Below are positions 25,346 to 38,434 of a stretch of DNA of 64,000 nt, piece by piece. Position 1 is the stretch's first letter. The number at the start of each line of letters is the position of its first letter. The position numbers and the translations under genes are program-made. This DNA comes from Octopus vulgaris (taxonomy: Eukaryota). Location: positions 28,830,001 to 28,894,000 of the forward strand of contig OX597815.1 in the NCBI GenBank assembly GCA_951406725.2, read 5' to 3'. Below the pieces are notes generated by a model that was not told the origin of the DNA, searched no databases, and saw only the letters and a list, made by a program, of their open reading frames with translations.

Positions 25346-26507
25346 CGATGGAAATCAAAAATTATGCGCGCTTGCTTCTGTAATTTATTAGAACAAAAGC
25401 AGTATTCGAACAATTACATCATTTTCGACATATTTTCCTTGCTTCCCGATGCACTTCTTCCAGCACCTCCATGCTTTCTTATTCCATCGGAGAAGAAGGT
25501 TTTCCACTGGTCGTGCAGCCATTTATTCACGGCTTTAACGGTGTGGGCGGCCGTATGCGGGAGTGCATTCTTCTCTTGTAACAATAACGTTTCCTTTGAC
25601 AATAGACCTTGGCGCTGGTATGAATTGTTGGTTTCAGTTTGTTGGCCAGTTTTTCACTGTAGTCTACACAGGTGATTGTAGATCCCTTTTTGAGTTAATG
25701 TTCCAGTATAGGCCCTTTTGCACTCCACCCGCCTCCAAAAAATAAAATTAACATCAGTTTTTCCTACGGAAGATTGAGTCTTGAATTTCTTTTCCGCTGG
25801 CAATTTCCAGTCTTTCCTTTCCATACTGTGCCTATTGTATTCTAGCTTAAAGTGATTGACTCAGGTCTCACCTCCTGTGACTATTCCCTCCAAAAGAGTT
25901 TCGACTTCATTGTTCTAGCGGTCGAGTAAGCGTTGACAGTTCTCCACACAATTGTTCTAACGCGCTTCGTTAAGCTATTTTGGTACCCATCTTGCACAGA
26001 CTTCATGGAAGCGAAGCTTGTCGTGGATGATTTAGTAAGCAGAATTATGACTAATTTGCATAGAACATACCACTTCCTTGATGATCACCTGTCGGTACGC
26101 CAGAGCCATCTCTCCAACTTGTTGAATCTTCACATCAGTGGTGGAGGTTGATGAGCATCCTGCTCCCTCTTCGTGCTTGTCTGACCATTTTAAAACTTCT
26201 CGATTCACTCATACACAGAGCGCTGTCCCCGTATTGTACTGAAAGCCTGTGATGAATTTCAGCCCCTGACACACCTTCAAACTAGAGAAATAGGATCACT
26301 GGTCTCTGTTCTTCATTGGTGACACTACCAGCGAAGCGCCCATGTTTACTCTGTAACATAAGAAAAAAAAAACTGAAGTGATCAAGGTCAGACCTCGGTT
26401 ATGTAACCACAAGAGCACCACTTTTAGCACGCTGGCACTGAAGGCAGTGCGGCCAACCTAAAGAAAGTTTTGGCGAAAGTGCGAATAATTTTTAATACCC
26501 CCCCTTG
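25346..26507 (-). mobile_element. Mariner (DD34D-type) transposon with defective transposase
   Basis: From the ATG at 26343: EGVSGAEIHHRLSVQYGD...IIHDKLRFHEVCARWVPK.L...IVTGGET...KFKTQSSVGK...NALPHTAAHT...FFSDGIRK...KCIGKQGKYVE. The YSPDL segment is deleted. Degenerate TIRs and TA flanks are present. Confidence 0.9.
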
Positions 26508-26509
26508 TA

Positions 26510-26700
26510 TTTAAAAAAATGAAAAACATCAACTAGATTATGGCTGGGAGATAACAGTTAACTCAGAGTAGCTGTCCTCAGCTTTCACCACGCTGCATGC
26601 AATCTTCAAACACCTTCTTGATCTTAGCCACCAGCTCGGTCTTGGTGTTGCAAGCAGAGCGGCTGGTGGGATTACAATCGGGGAATTAGAAAGCTAGAAA
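26510..26700 (-). mobile_element. maT/DD37D-like transposase C-terminal remnant, host of the mariner insertion
   Basis: NSPDCNP..SACNTKTELVAKIKKVFED..VVKAEDSYSE. Continues at 25288-25343 and aligns to 19000-19140. Confidence 0.6.
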
Positions 26701-26779
26701 TTATTAATTTATTATTGTTCTTATTTTATATTCATTGTCTGGAAATCTTTCGTCACACAACAGTAACGTCTTCAAATCA

Positions 26780-27352
26780 GCTTTCTCCTTTCTGGTTTGA
26801 GAAGTCTAATTTCTCAAGAGTGGTATTTAGGCAGTGTGTTACATATCCCATTACCCCAATAATTATAGGTATAAACCTGAACTTGTAATATGTATTTATG
26901 TATGCATGTATGTATGTCATTATTCAGTTTTATTTCAAGATTTCTTGCAAGTAAAGGGAGAGCCGGTTTTTAACCTAGATCCAAGACTCCTTCACTGGAA
27001 TTTCAACATCAACAACAAGGTATTTTTGTATGTATGTATATGTGCAGATTTGTATGTTTATTGTATGTATTATCATGCATACAGTTGCATGTCTAGACAT
27101 GCTCGTATATACTTAAATGATAAACTTCTGGAAATTTTTACAGATCTTTACAGTTCCAGTGATTGTTTGGATCTGTAGTTTTCGACTCACCTTTCTCCTT
27201 TCTGATTTTGAGAAGCCTAATTTCTCAAGATTGATATTTAGGCAGTTTGTTACATATACCAATGCCCTAATAATTACAGGTATAAACCTGAACTTGTAAT
27301 CTGGATAGAGCAGCTGTAGATTCTTCAATAGTTCAGCGCATGTATGTGTGTG

Positions 27353-27384
<32 letters not shown>

Positions 27385-27660
27385 TGTATGTATGTATGTA
27401 TCTAGTTTACTTTTATTTTCTAGATATCTTACCATCGGAGAAAGAGTCGGTTTCTAACCTTGATCCAAAGATCTTTCACTGGGATTTCAACAACATCAAC
27501 ATCGTAGCTATGTATAACTGTGTGTTTGTGCAATTACTTGGAGTCAGTGCATGTGCAGATATGATTTGTTTTATGTGTGTAAACTCATACATATAGTTGC
27601 ATGTCTAGACATGTGCATATGTTCATATATGCTAAACTTTTGGTAAGTTTTACATATTTT
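26780..27660 (-). mobile_element. Three head-to-tail, 5'-truncated fragments of a second RLE-type (R4-like) LINE separated by (CATA)n
   Basis: ORF end ..NLQLLYPDYKFRFIPVIIRALVYV...LEKLGFSKSERRK...LQIQTITGTVKICKNFQKFII* (a degenerate IIGALG motif). 26780-26890 repeats 27190-27300, and 27403-27660 repeats the 3' UTR at 26919-27150. Confidence 0.75.
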
Positions 27661-28140
27661 GATATCATCTCTGTATGTGCGTACCTCAATGTGTGTGTAT
27701 GTGTGTCAGTGTGCGCGCGGGCATGTATCAGTGTATCTGTGCTTGTCTGAATGTATCTACTACAAGTGTAAACAATTTTAAATCTTTACATTTAACATTT
27801 GTGAAGTAAAATCGATGAAGCATTTCTTATTAAAAATAACAAGGTCTTCTTTTCCTTTAAAATGTATATTGTTGTACACAGGTTATATAGTTCAGTTGTT
27901 CTGTTAGAGCTTGTTATCAACAAATAAATCCATTAAGTTTTTATAGATTTTTCCACTAGGATTCAAAACAAGATATTTATAAATGATGTTCAGTTTATTT
28001 AAGGAGAAATTGAAAGACACATGTGTTATTATGTCTGCGTATATGTGAATGTGTTTGTATGTGTGAGCGCTTTCTATTAATTTTTATACATTCATACAGA
28101 TGTGTATGTACAAATACTGCCTCTGTATACTATATATATA

Positions 28141-28203
<63 letters not shown>

Positions 28204-28239
28204 TTATATATATATACATATATACATATATATACATAT

Positions 28240-28300
<61 letters not shown>

Positions 28301-28326
28301 CATATATACATATATACATATACATA

Positions 28327-28362
<36 letters not shown>

Positions 28363-28463
28363 TGTATACACGCGCATATATACGCGTTCACACATGTAGA
28401 CAGATAGAGGTAAGAAGATAGACAGACAGATGAACAAACAAACAGGCAAGCAGACAGACAAAC

Positions 28464-28563
<100 letters not shown>

Positions 28564-29189
28564 TGTTGAAACAAACTTTAACTGAAAAATATCCCACCGA
28601 GATATAACTCCAATAATTACTACTTCTTCCATAAATGTATTTGCCATTAGTTATTACCACTTTCTTTTGTTGTAACCGAAGCCAAGATTTATTCAATTTT
28701 CAAATTACGATGCCCACATCTTTATAAACTATGTATTGTCAATTGGAAAAGTTATCCTGTTTTTCCTTTTCAATATATACATGTATTATGATAGCTTTCA
28801 CACCTATTAAATAGACATGTTAAATATGCATAGAACTAATACTTCAGTTTATACAAAACCTGGAATGGTGCTACCTTCAGATTAAGCATTGCTTCAATAC
28901 TAATATATTGTTTATTGAGAAACGTCCAGAAATTTTTCTCTATTTTTATCCTGGGACAGCTTTTCTTTTTTTCTAAATAGATCCATTTTATATATTTGAC
29001 CAAAACTTATGAGTTTTGATTCCTCTCTGATGCCTAAAGCTCAAATGCCATAAAACTCTCCTTCATTCTCGAGGGAAGGAGGTATAATCTTTCCCGGGAT
29101 GTGCAAACGTTTTACTTGAATCAAACAGTTAAGCGTGGTTTAAAATTCTTGATGTAGCGGGTCAAAAAGAATTTTTAATCAACTGACGC

Positions 29190-29535
29190 GTAACTCGGCG
29201 ATGAGGGAGTCTTTCTAGGTCGAGCCGCTACTTTTCCACATTGATTAGAACGTCGCTGGAAAGAATCGCAATTCGGATTTTTCAAGCCGAGCCAACCAGC
29301 ATGAGACCGAAGAGTAAACCAAGAACAAGATGGGCGAATAATATCCACAGTTCCAGGTGGTCACACTTGGGAACCCAACCGGAAAGTCTAATGATGAGCG
29401 CTTCTTATAAGACCCTGTGGAGAAGGTGTCTGAGGACTCTACCCGCACGACCCTCTTAGGAATAATGGGCGAAGAGGAATGAATGAATAAATGAATGAAT
29501 GAATGAATTAAACGATGGATGAATGGATGGATGGA
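29190..29535 (+). mobile_element. RTE/Expander-like LINE 3' end with (GAAT)n tail
   Basis: RPKSKPRTRWANNI..RWSHLGTQPESL....LWRRCLRTLPARPS* followed by gaat/ggat repeats. Confidence 0.8.
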
Positions 29536-30129
29536 ATTTCTTTCATACTGGGAAAAATATAATTAGCATTAATGATAGCTATTGTCAAGAAGAACAAGGA
29601 AAATAACTCTGAAATTTTAAACTGATTAAATATTAAATGGAGTTATGTAGTGGAGAATTTTATCTTGGAATTGTTGTCGTTGTTTGCCTCCAACTCAGTT
29701 GTGATCTAGAAGTCCTTATGCACGCAGAAAATTAACTGGACTACAGATGTGATTAACAAATCCCTCTCCCTGACTGTTCCCTGCACACTATCCAAAGATA
29801 AAGTTTATGGCACACAGTGTGATAGACTGGACGTTTTACACGTTTTCTTTTATCTTCTCTATTTCTTTATTCTCATAGATTCTGTTTGTGGCTATATTAG
29901 CGACAAATCAAAATCGGTCAGAACGTCACAGCTGCTGTTTTCCTGCATTTTTTGTTAATGCTGCGCATCCCAGTATAGTGTCTGAAACTAGGAATGTCAT
30001 TGGTGCTGCTATATTTTTGTTTGTATGTGTTCCTTGCGCTTGTCCGGGCTGAGAGAGATAATGTTTTAAGATGTTATTGTAGTAGCACTCTGAGGTGTTG
30101 TATATATATATATCTAGGTGTTTTGGAAG

Positions 30130-31590
30130 TGGTTTTCGTGTAATGGTAGGGACTATAGCAGGTCAAGCTCACTGTGGTAACAAACTCTGCACTTCACATG
30201 TCTACGTGGACATTAATGTTTAGTATATTTTTTATTGTGTACGTATGCTGTGGCTATGATCAGTATACAGCATTCGATAACGCATAGTGCGTTATTTTGT
30301 GTTCGGTGTAGTACGTTGTAGTTTGTTGTGAAGAGATTGAGAGCTTATGTTACGATTGACATAGTCTATGGTAGATCCAAAGTAATGTCATTTGTTTCTA
30401 TTGACCAAATGTGATAACAGTAATTACTGTAAATATATTTGTACATGATGCTTTCTTTACTGTCTCCTCTGTGTCGTGTATGTCGTGAGGTGGGAAGATT
30501 GTATATAACGTCCAGTATTCATGTCTTCTGTGCGTGTGGTATGTTTATGTTGTTGAGTATTAAAGTTGGTTGTGGTTGATCTTCTCTCGTGTTGGTGATG
30601 AGAAAGAAGACAATGGATTTTGTAGGTCTTACTTTAAGCCTGTTTTTGTCGATTCAACGTGTTAGGTTATTTAAATACGGTTGGGTTGGTTGCGTACCGA
30701 TGACTAAATAATTGAGGAAGGATGTGACTGTCATCTTATCACCATATGAAACTGCAAATATGGTTCGTGGAGATGTAGGAGGATTGTGTATATATATATA
30801 TATATATATAAACGGCAAAATGTCTGTCTGCCTGTGTGTGTGTATCCTTTATACAAATCCACAATTTTTCAGTTAGAGAGCTCGCACTTTCTATGGTCCT
30901 TCAAAACCGTCCAAGGGTGGTCGTGCACATCTTTACATTTCCCCGGTCACCCCGCAAAGCCATTAAAAAATCAATGGAAGTGACTTTTTTGTGAATTTTC
31001 TATCCAAAACCCAATCAAAATGCCCGAAACTTGATACGCCAATTGAATGCCAGCTAACTGTATGTGATTGGTCGGAGATTTGGACAGTACTCGCGTGTAT
31101 GCGCATGCACGCAGCTGTATATGCATGCACTAGCACTATGATCTGTCGTTGCCGGGTCATAGTGCTAGTATATATATATATATTGAAAACTGTGGTGAGA
31201 GGATAGATCTATTTGGTACGTTATGCGGGAATTTATAGGATCCGGAAATGTTCTTCTTTTACATTACATAGACTAGGTTACTTGCCAGGTAGTTTGCTGG
31301 CTAGTGCTTTGTGTTGTTTCTTACAGCGGTTTGACTACTTCTTGTATGAGCAGATAGCGAGAATTGGAGTCAGCTTTACCGATGTCCATGTGTAAGAGGA
31401 TTTTGTTTAATCTATCTTGTACATTCTGGGTTAGGTTCATGTATGGTGAGGGTGTGATTTGAAGACTGAAATGTGTGGACTAATGATGTCAAGGGTCAGA
31501 CTTTCTAGAATGTTTTCTAATGTGCACAGATGGACGTTAAGTATATACGATGTCATTTTACTTAGAAATAAAGAGTAGTAATTCCTCCTG
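30130..31590 (-). mobile_element. Old LINE reverse transcriptase remnant (I/Jockey/CR1-group), interrupted
   Basis: Minus strand: HMDIGKAD..ANYLAS..SILSP.F | HNPPTSPRTIFAVSYGDKMTV..QPYLNNL..NRLKVRPTKS..LILNNINIPH. These are degenerate DxxKAFD, QGSxLSP and YADD motifs. Confidence 0.7.
30789..31168 (+). mobile_element. Non-autonomous Helitron-like element
   Basis: Begins in (TA)n-aaacggc and ends with the hairpin ctagcactatgatctg-tcgttgc-cgggtcatagtgCTAG followed by T. It splits the surrounding RT remnant. Confidence 0.75.
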
Positions 31591-31885
31591 GCTCTTGGTT
31601 GTTTTAGATATGTTTGTGATATTACCTGCCCTTGAGGCTTTTAGTTTTAGATTTTCTTAATGATTTTGAGGTTTCTGATACAAAGAAGTGATCAAAGTCG
31701 TGGTCAATGTGTAAAATGTATATGTTTTGTTTTGTGTTTCTGTCTTTATTGTATACTTTTAGGTGATTGATTTTCCGAAAACGTCTGACAAAAGTGTTTC
31801 CTTTATAATGGTGTGTGAGTATATTATTTAAGGTTGTTACAGTAAAATGCGCAGACACACACTCAAACATACATACATACATTTG

Positions 31886-31945
<60 letters not shown>

Positions 31946-31948
<3 letters not shown>

Positions 31949-32100
31949 TATATAGTGGGCATTATTACACATAAATGCTACACGCTAAGAGGGACACTTA
32001 AAGTCAAAACTACTAAAATAAACAGTAGTTTAGTAGTTTTGGCTTTAAGAGTCCCTCCTAGCGTGTGGTATTTATGTATAATAATGCCCTCTATATAATA
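31946..32100. repeat. 155-bp near-perfect palindrome (about 72-bp arms, 11-nt loop)
   Basis: tattatatagtgggcattattacacataaatgctacacgctaagagggacacttaaagtcaaaactactaaa is the reverse complement of the right arm, with about 7 mismatches. Confidence 0.9.
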
Positions 32101-32767
32101 AAAATAAATATATTTAAGGGGAAAATATTTTATGGGTTTTTGTCTCTTATGAGGTTTTTCACGCTAACTACTTGATAAATTCTTATGAAGATTTTATCCT
32201 ATTTTTAAATTATATGAATATATATATAAAGTTGTGGAGATCTATACGATCCCGATTAACTCGGCAACACTCCTATATTTCGCTAACAGAGCAATTCGGG
32301 GAAATACCATTGATACTGGGTATCTAATAACCAGTAATTAAAACAAACAATGCTATATTTAGTAGTTAATTACTTTGTAAATCCAATGAATGCAGCAACA
32401 ATATGCTGTACATTTATCGCAGTGTAAAATATAAAAATTAATGAAAACGAATAGATATATCTATATTCATTTCTTATCATTATCATCATCGTTATTATCA
32501 TTACTATTTGATGTGTGTGTGTGGGTGTGTGTGTGTGGGTGTGTGGGTGTGGGTGTGTGTGCGTGTGTGCGTGCCTTGTGAGTCAGTATTCTACAGAAAA
32601 TAAAGGATTTTTCGAAAGCAGGATGGCTTATAAAATCGTGTAAATACGTTTATACTACGGAAAAACTGTTTCCAGCAAGCCTCCACTGGGAATCGAACCC
32701 TGTATACTACTCTCTCTCTCTCTCACTCTCCCTTGCATGTGTATATGTATATATATGAATATATGTC

Positions 32768-32804
<37 letters not shown>

Positions 32805-32977
32805 ATGTGTGTGTATGTGTGTATATATATATATATATATACATATTTATATGTATATATATGCATATATATATGCATATATATATGTGTATATATATAT
32901 ATATATTATATATATATGTGTATATATATATGTATATATATATATGTGTGTGTGTGTATGTGTGTGTGTACATAAAG

Positions 32978-33289
32978 AGCACTCCGTCGGTTACGACGAC
33001 GAGGGTCCCAGCTGATACGATCAACGGAAAAGCTTGCTTGTGAAAGTGGCTGAGCATTCTACAGACACGCGTACCCTTAACGTAATTCGCAAGGAGATTC
33101 AGCGTGACACAGAATGTGACAAGGAAGGCCCTTATTTGAAAAACAGGTACTACTCATTTTTGCCAGCTGAGTGGACTGGAGCAACGTGAAATAAAATGTC
33201 TTGCTCAAGGACACAACGCGTCGACGGGAATCGAACTCACAACCTTACGATCATGTGCCGAATGCCCTAACCACTAAGCCACGCGCCCT
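32978..33289 (-). mobile_element. SINE family C, tail type 1 (tRNA head plus CORE-like domain; OR-like)
   Basis: Minus strand reads ggcgcgtggcttagtggttaggg..gagttcgattcc..gttgtgtccttgagcaagaca..gttgctccagtccactcagctg. Same family as 47890-48197. Confidence 0.88.
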
Positions 33290-33291
33290 CA

Positions 33292-33481
33292 CATTTATAT
33301 GTATATATATATACCTGTATATGTATATATGTATATATATATATATATGCATATGTATACATACATGTATATATATGTACATATATATGTATATATATGC
33401 ATATAAATATATATGTATATATATGTGTGTATATATATGTATATATGCATATATATATATGTATATATATGTATATATTTG

Positions 33482-33518
<37 letters not shown>

Positions 33519-33787
33519 GTGTGTATATATATGTATATATTTATATATATGCGTATATATATGTGTGTGTGTATATATATGTATATATATATATATGTGT
33601 GTATATATGTCTGTGTACATACATATATTTATATATATGCATATATATATGTGTATATACATATATGTATATATATATATATATGCATATATATATGTGT
33701 GTATATACATATATGTATATATATGCATATATATATATGTGTGTGTGTGTGTATACATATTTGTACATATATACATATATATATAGT

Positions 33788-33818
<31 letters not shown>

Positions 33819-33845
33819 AAATATGTATATATTTATACATACATA
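33292..33845. repeat. Long degenerate (TA)/(TG) microsatellite
   Basis: About 550 bp of TA/TG/CA mosaic. It is the source of several spurious ORFs. Confidence 0.95.
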
Positions 33846-34159
33846 AATGTGATAGCCTGGGCTTCCGAGGCCCACAGCTCTTCAATATCCTCCCGAAGAA
33901 CCTGAGAGACCTGCATGGGGTGGATACAGATGTCTTTAAAATGGAGCTGGATCTCTTCCTGTCAGGTGTCCCAGATGAACCAACTTCACGGCAGGAGGGG
34001 CAGATGAGGGCAGCTGCATCGAACTCTCTCATGCACCAAATAGCAGTTGCTAGAAAGCCTCCATGAAGTGAAACCAAGTAGCAACACCAAATGGCGGTGC
34101 CCCAGCATGGCCACAGCTCATAAGCTGAAACTAGAATCAATCAATCAATCAATCAATCA
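33846..34159 (+). mobile_element. CR1-group LINE 3' end with 3' UTR and (AATC)n tail
   Basis: [61 protein letters not shown], open without stops, then ggcggtgccccagcatggccacagctcataagctgaaac and (aatc)n. Confidence 0.88.
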
Positions 34160-34194
34160 TATATATATATATATTTACATATATATGTATGTAG

Positions 34195-34261
<67 letters not shown>

Positions 34262-35039
34262 AATGTATGTAGATATATATATGTATATATATGTATGTAT
34301 AGATCTATATGTATATATATTTGAATGTGCGTGTCTGTCTGTCTGTCTGTGTGTGTGTGTGTGTATGATTTATATTTATGAAAGACTATAGGCAGAATTT
34401 TAACACTTTATTTACTTAATCTATATATGTCTGCAATGCTTCACCAAACTCTTCAACAATTTACTTCCAAGTTTTCACCGGATAACCATTAATGAAAAAT
34501 TCTTTACAACGCATAGCTCGAGTGTGATTCATTACACGGATTGAATCATTTGAAAACACATTTTTAGGTATTTCACTGTTGCTCTGATCTCTGCCCTCTT
34601 TGCTTTTTATAATCATTTTCTCATATCAATGGCATGAGCACCTGTTTACATTAAATTTATTTTAGATTAATTACGTACAGAGAGAGTATGAGAGATTTGC
34701 AACATATTGTTATTAGGATATTTTTTTTACTCAATGTAATCTTTATTAACAGCTTATATTTTATGTAGTAATGTATGAAATATCAGGAAATAAAGAGTGA
34801 AGTAATAACGGCAGTTCTCACAGTTTATTTAGACACAAATTGAAATAATCTTACGTATCCCTTTAAATAACAAGCTAGACTGGTAAGAGAAATTAGTAAA
34901 ATGAGACATGTACACATCTGTATATGAAAGGAAAATGTTAGAAAAATGAACTTAAATTTTACAGTTAATTAAATACCCATTGCAATATTTAGGGGCTTAC
35001 TAAGTCGTTTTTTTAGAAAAATGCTCTGTAGTTGATATG

Positions 35040-35096
<57 letters not shown>

Positions 35097-35399
35097 CATG
35101 CATACACACACACACACACATACACATACACACACCATAACAACTTAAAAACATCGATAGTGTTGTAAACCTGAGAATCATAGTGCTGCGTGTTAAAACA
35201 CCTGAAAGTCATAGACTTTCAGGAGTTCACCATTTTAGTGGCTTATCAGCATCACGTACTTGAGTTGAACCGGAGATGAATCGAATTGCCAGTCCATGAC
35301 TATATTTAGTGTAAGAACTATTTGCTTGTGTGCCACGCTGATACGCGCACGCACACACACACACACATAGTGAGTTCGCATTAAAATTATTTAGGTGCA

Positions 35400-37290
35400 T
35401 TTAAATGTGTGCAAGTTGAGAATGTTTTAACTTTGTTTATTTGTCTTTTCCTGGGACAATTTTATAAATATTTTCATAACCTCTTGGTCAAAAATTCCCG
35501 GTAATTTTAAACGCTCTCTTTCTCAATGCCTTACTTGTACCTTCGTCTCCAAGGTTACACGCATAATGAACCACTAAGATCAATTCCAAGTCACCGACCA
35601 CTTTTACTGTACACCCAAAAATCCATCTCAATGAGCATAAGGAACATTTTCAAGAGATAATCCAACTCCTCATCATTGAATTCAAGAAAACGTCGGTTGA
35701 GTTCATTTTCTAGTTATGTCAGACGTTAAAGAACGTCGTTTTTAGCAAATTTTGGAAGCTCCTAGATTTTCGTTACTAGCAGAAAAAATTGGTGACGTTT
35801 CTTTTTCCACTTGTTCAGTTTGTTCGTGAAAGCTTTCAAAGCATCGATTCATTTTATTGTTTATATTAATTCCTTACATCTGAAGCTTCAAGTTACTTAG
35901 GTGCTCAAAATATTTACCAAACAGACAAGGTGCATGATCCATTCCTTATTGCGCCAGGAAAAAATTCGACCCTATCTTGAACTTCAGAAAAGTAATTTAA
36001 GCTCAGTTATTCATTCCGTTACATTTAAAACGTTTGTGTAGGAAAGAAAAGTTATGGATTCTAGCCATTTCAACCGCTTAAAATGCCAGGATCCCCAAAC
36101 TCTTTATTTGACAAAATTCAAAACATTAATTGATCCAATAGAGCTGGAAATATTTTTGATGTAAGTGTTTGACGATGGATTCTACAATGAATGTCATTTA
36201 TTTCTGGAGATCACAGTTTTACTTGAAATCTGAATTTTGTTCCCAACGTAGCTGTACAGCACTCACAAAAGATTTTTTGTCGCATGAAACATTTAGCCTT
36301 TCAAGAAGTATTTGAACCATACTAGCTATTTCAAGATGAAAACAAGAAAGAAACTCTTCTTCAAACGAAGCTGCGTCAATATATCTTGCAAACCTCGCCA
36401 TCCAGTCTATTAAGCTAAACTAGAAATAAGTCAATGTTGCAAACTTGATCTCCTTCACAACTTGATCCTTGCTTGTTAACAGCTTTATCACTGATCCTTC
36501 TTTGAATAGTGCTGTTTCATAATGAAACCGCAGAAGGTTTTTCTTCAATCGATTTTTCAATATAATTTTTCCATCATTTCGAGAGCGCAAGGCTTGATCA
36601 AAGTTTCTAATTGTATACGGTTTTCTTTTCTCTGCCTCTGGTATAATGACATAAGAAGCTTCAATAATTTTTAAAATTTATTTGTTGGAATATTCCTTGA
36701 GTCATACTTCAGTAATTTGAAAGTATTCCCATGATATTCAAGAATACTTTTATACTAGTTTAATGTTGATGATAAATATTGCTTCAACTTTGATGGGTTC
36801 ATAGTATTATTGACAAAGCTTTGCCTCAAATAGCACATTAAGCCCTTTCTTCTCCTTTAGTAATGATGGATATAAAATTATATTCACTATATGAATCATC
36901 ATGCCTTCTGTTTTTTGTCGACACCCATGATAGGATAAAAAAAATATGGGAATAAAAACAAGACTATGGGTATAAAAACAAGAATAAATTAAAGATGATT
37001 ATAAATGGAATATTTCCTCAAATAAAAAAAAGTGGATATTTATCATTATTTATAATTTAATATGTGGCATTCAATAAACCTTATTAAATAAACCAATAAA
37101 CCTTATTGAAACTATGCTGGATGTGAGATTCAATAGGCATTGTGCAATATACTTTATTGATTGCCACAGATTAAATTAAAAACAAATACAGATTATATAT
37201 AATCAACAAGACATTGCATTTTGTTGACTAATAGTCTCACTACCCCTACCTAAACCTTAAAATTCCCGCCAGGAGGGCAAATTCCCTGCT
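35400..37290 (-). mobile_element. Degenerate hAT (Charlie/Buster-type) transposase relic
   Basis: Minus-strand fragments in the expected order: DDSYSEY..GEE..C.I..MNPSKL (BED-like), KPYTI, STIQRRISD..DQVVKEIK, ARFARYID..FEEEFLSCFHLE. Many stops and frameshifts; ends approximate. Confidence 0.75.
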
Positions 37291-38434
37291 CTTTTTTTTT
37301 AAAACCCCTATCCGAATATTCAAAATCGAAAATGAAAATGAACAAAATAAAAATAAGCGGATAAATGTTTCGTCCAATGAACAAAATAAATGAAAGCAAT
37401 GTATAAATTTAATCTACCGCTTAGATTCTTGGCATTTCGATTCTTTTGTTGCCCTATGTCGTAGGCACACAGACAATATCCACTAGACATGACTAGGGAG
37501 CTTCCACCTGCTAGAAATAACGATCGAATCATCCTCATATCATACCCATTCTGTTTTAAAACATAGCAGGACATAATCGATTATATAGTCTAACATGCAC
37601 CGTCTGAAAAAAGAACACGGAATGAGCCCAAATTGAATGAATTTGATCATGGATCTGCTTGTTTAACGATAACTTGACACTAAACAACAATTAAAAAAAG
37701 TAGATACATTATATCAATTTTGCAATAAAATTGTTTTAGGGTGTATTTAATTGAAAGAACTGACACATTACATTCATATGTTTATCATTAGACGCATAAT
37801 CACTTCACCGCACGTGCACACACGTACACGCAAGCATACACACTCAGTGAGCCTGGCAGAGACAATCGCCAACAAAGCAAAGAATAGATTTACCACATAT
37901 AATCGATCTTACGTAGGACTACGGGTGAAGTCGTTGTGGCGTGGAACATCTATATAACTTACAACTACATTATCTCGATCTATGTGATAGATATATTTGA
38001 TGCAGGGAAAAATAATAATGTATTGCCAATAAGTCATAACTAATGCAAACCAGAAAGTAATAAAATTATAAACCAATAGGCACTAAAATCACTTCTTTAT
38101 GTCAAATCACCAAAATTAAGCATTTTCAAGCCGGGCTAGTATTTAGATGGATGATTATGGATGTACAGTCCAGTGAGTTTCATTTGACTAGTTTCAACAA
38201 GTTAGTTCGCTGTTTGATTCTGTTTTTTTTTTTTTATTTATTATATAATTAATTATCAGCCACTTGCCTGTGACGGTTCTGCATTTATAAACGTACAAGA
38301 GAATTATTTATGATTTAACATCAGAAGCCAACATAGATTTCTAATTTAGCATCCTGAATCTACATCACTTTCATTTAATGTACAAAAGGCGGTAAAAAAC
38401 TATGTATGTTGTTGACTCTGTTGCTATTCAGTAA

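Noticed and set aside
26955-27000. Hammerhead-like layout in the 3' UTR of the CATA-associated LINE (gtgaagg-stem-gaaaccgg; also about 27440-27482)
   Set aside because: Both copies lack the CUGA box and a stem I, so it is more likely an ordinary 3' UTR stem-loop.
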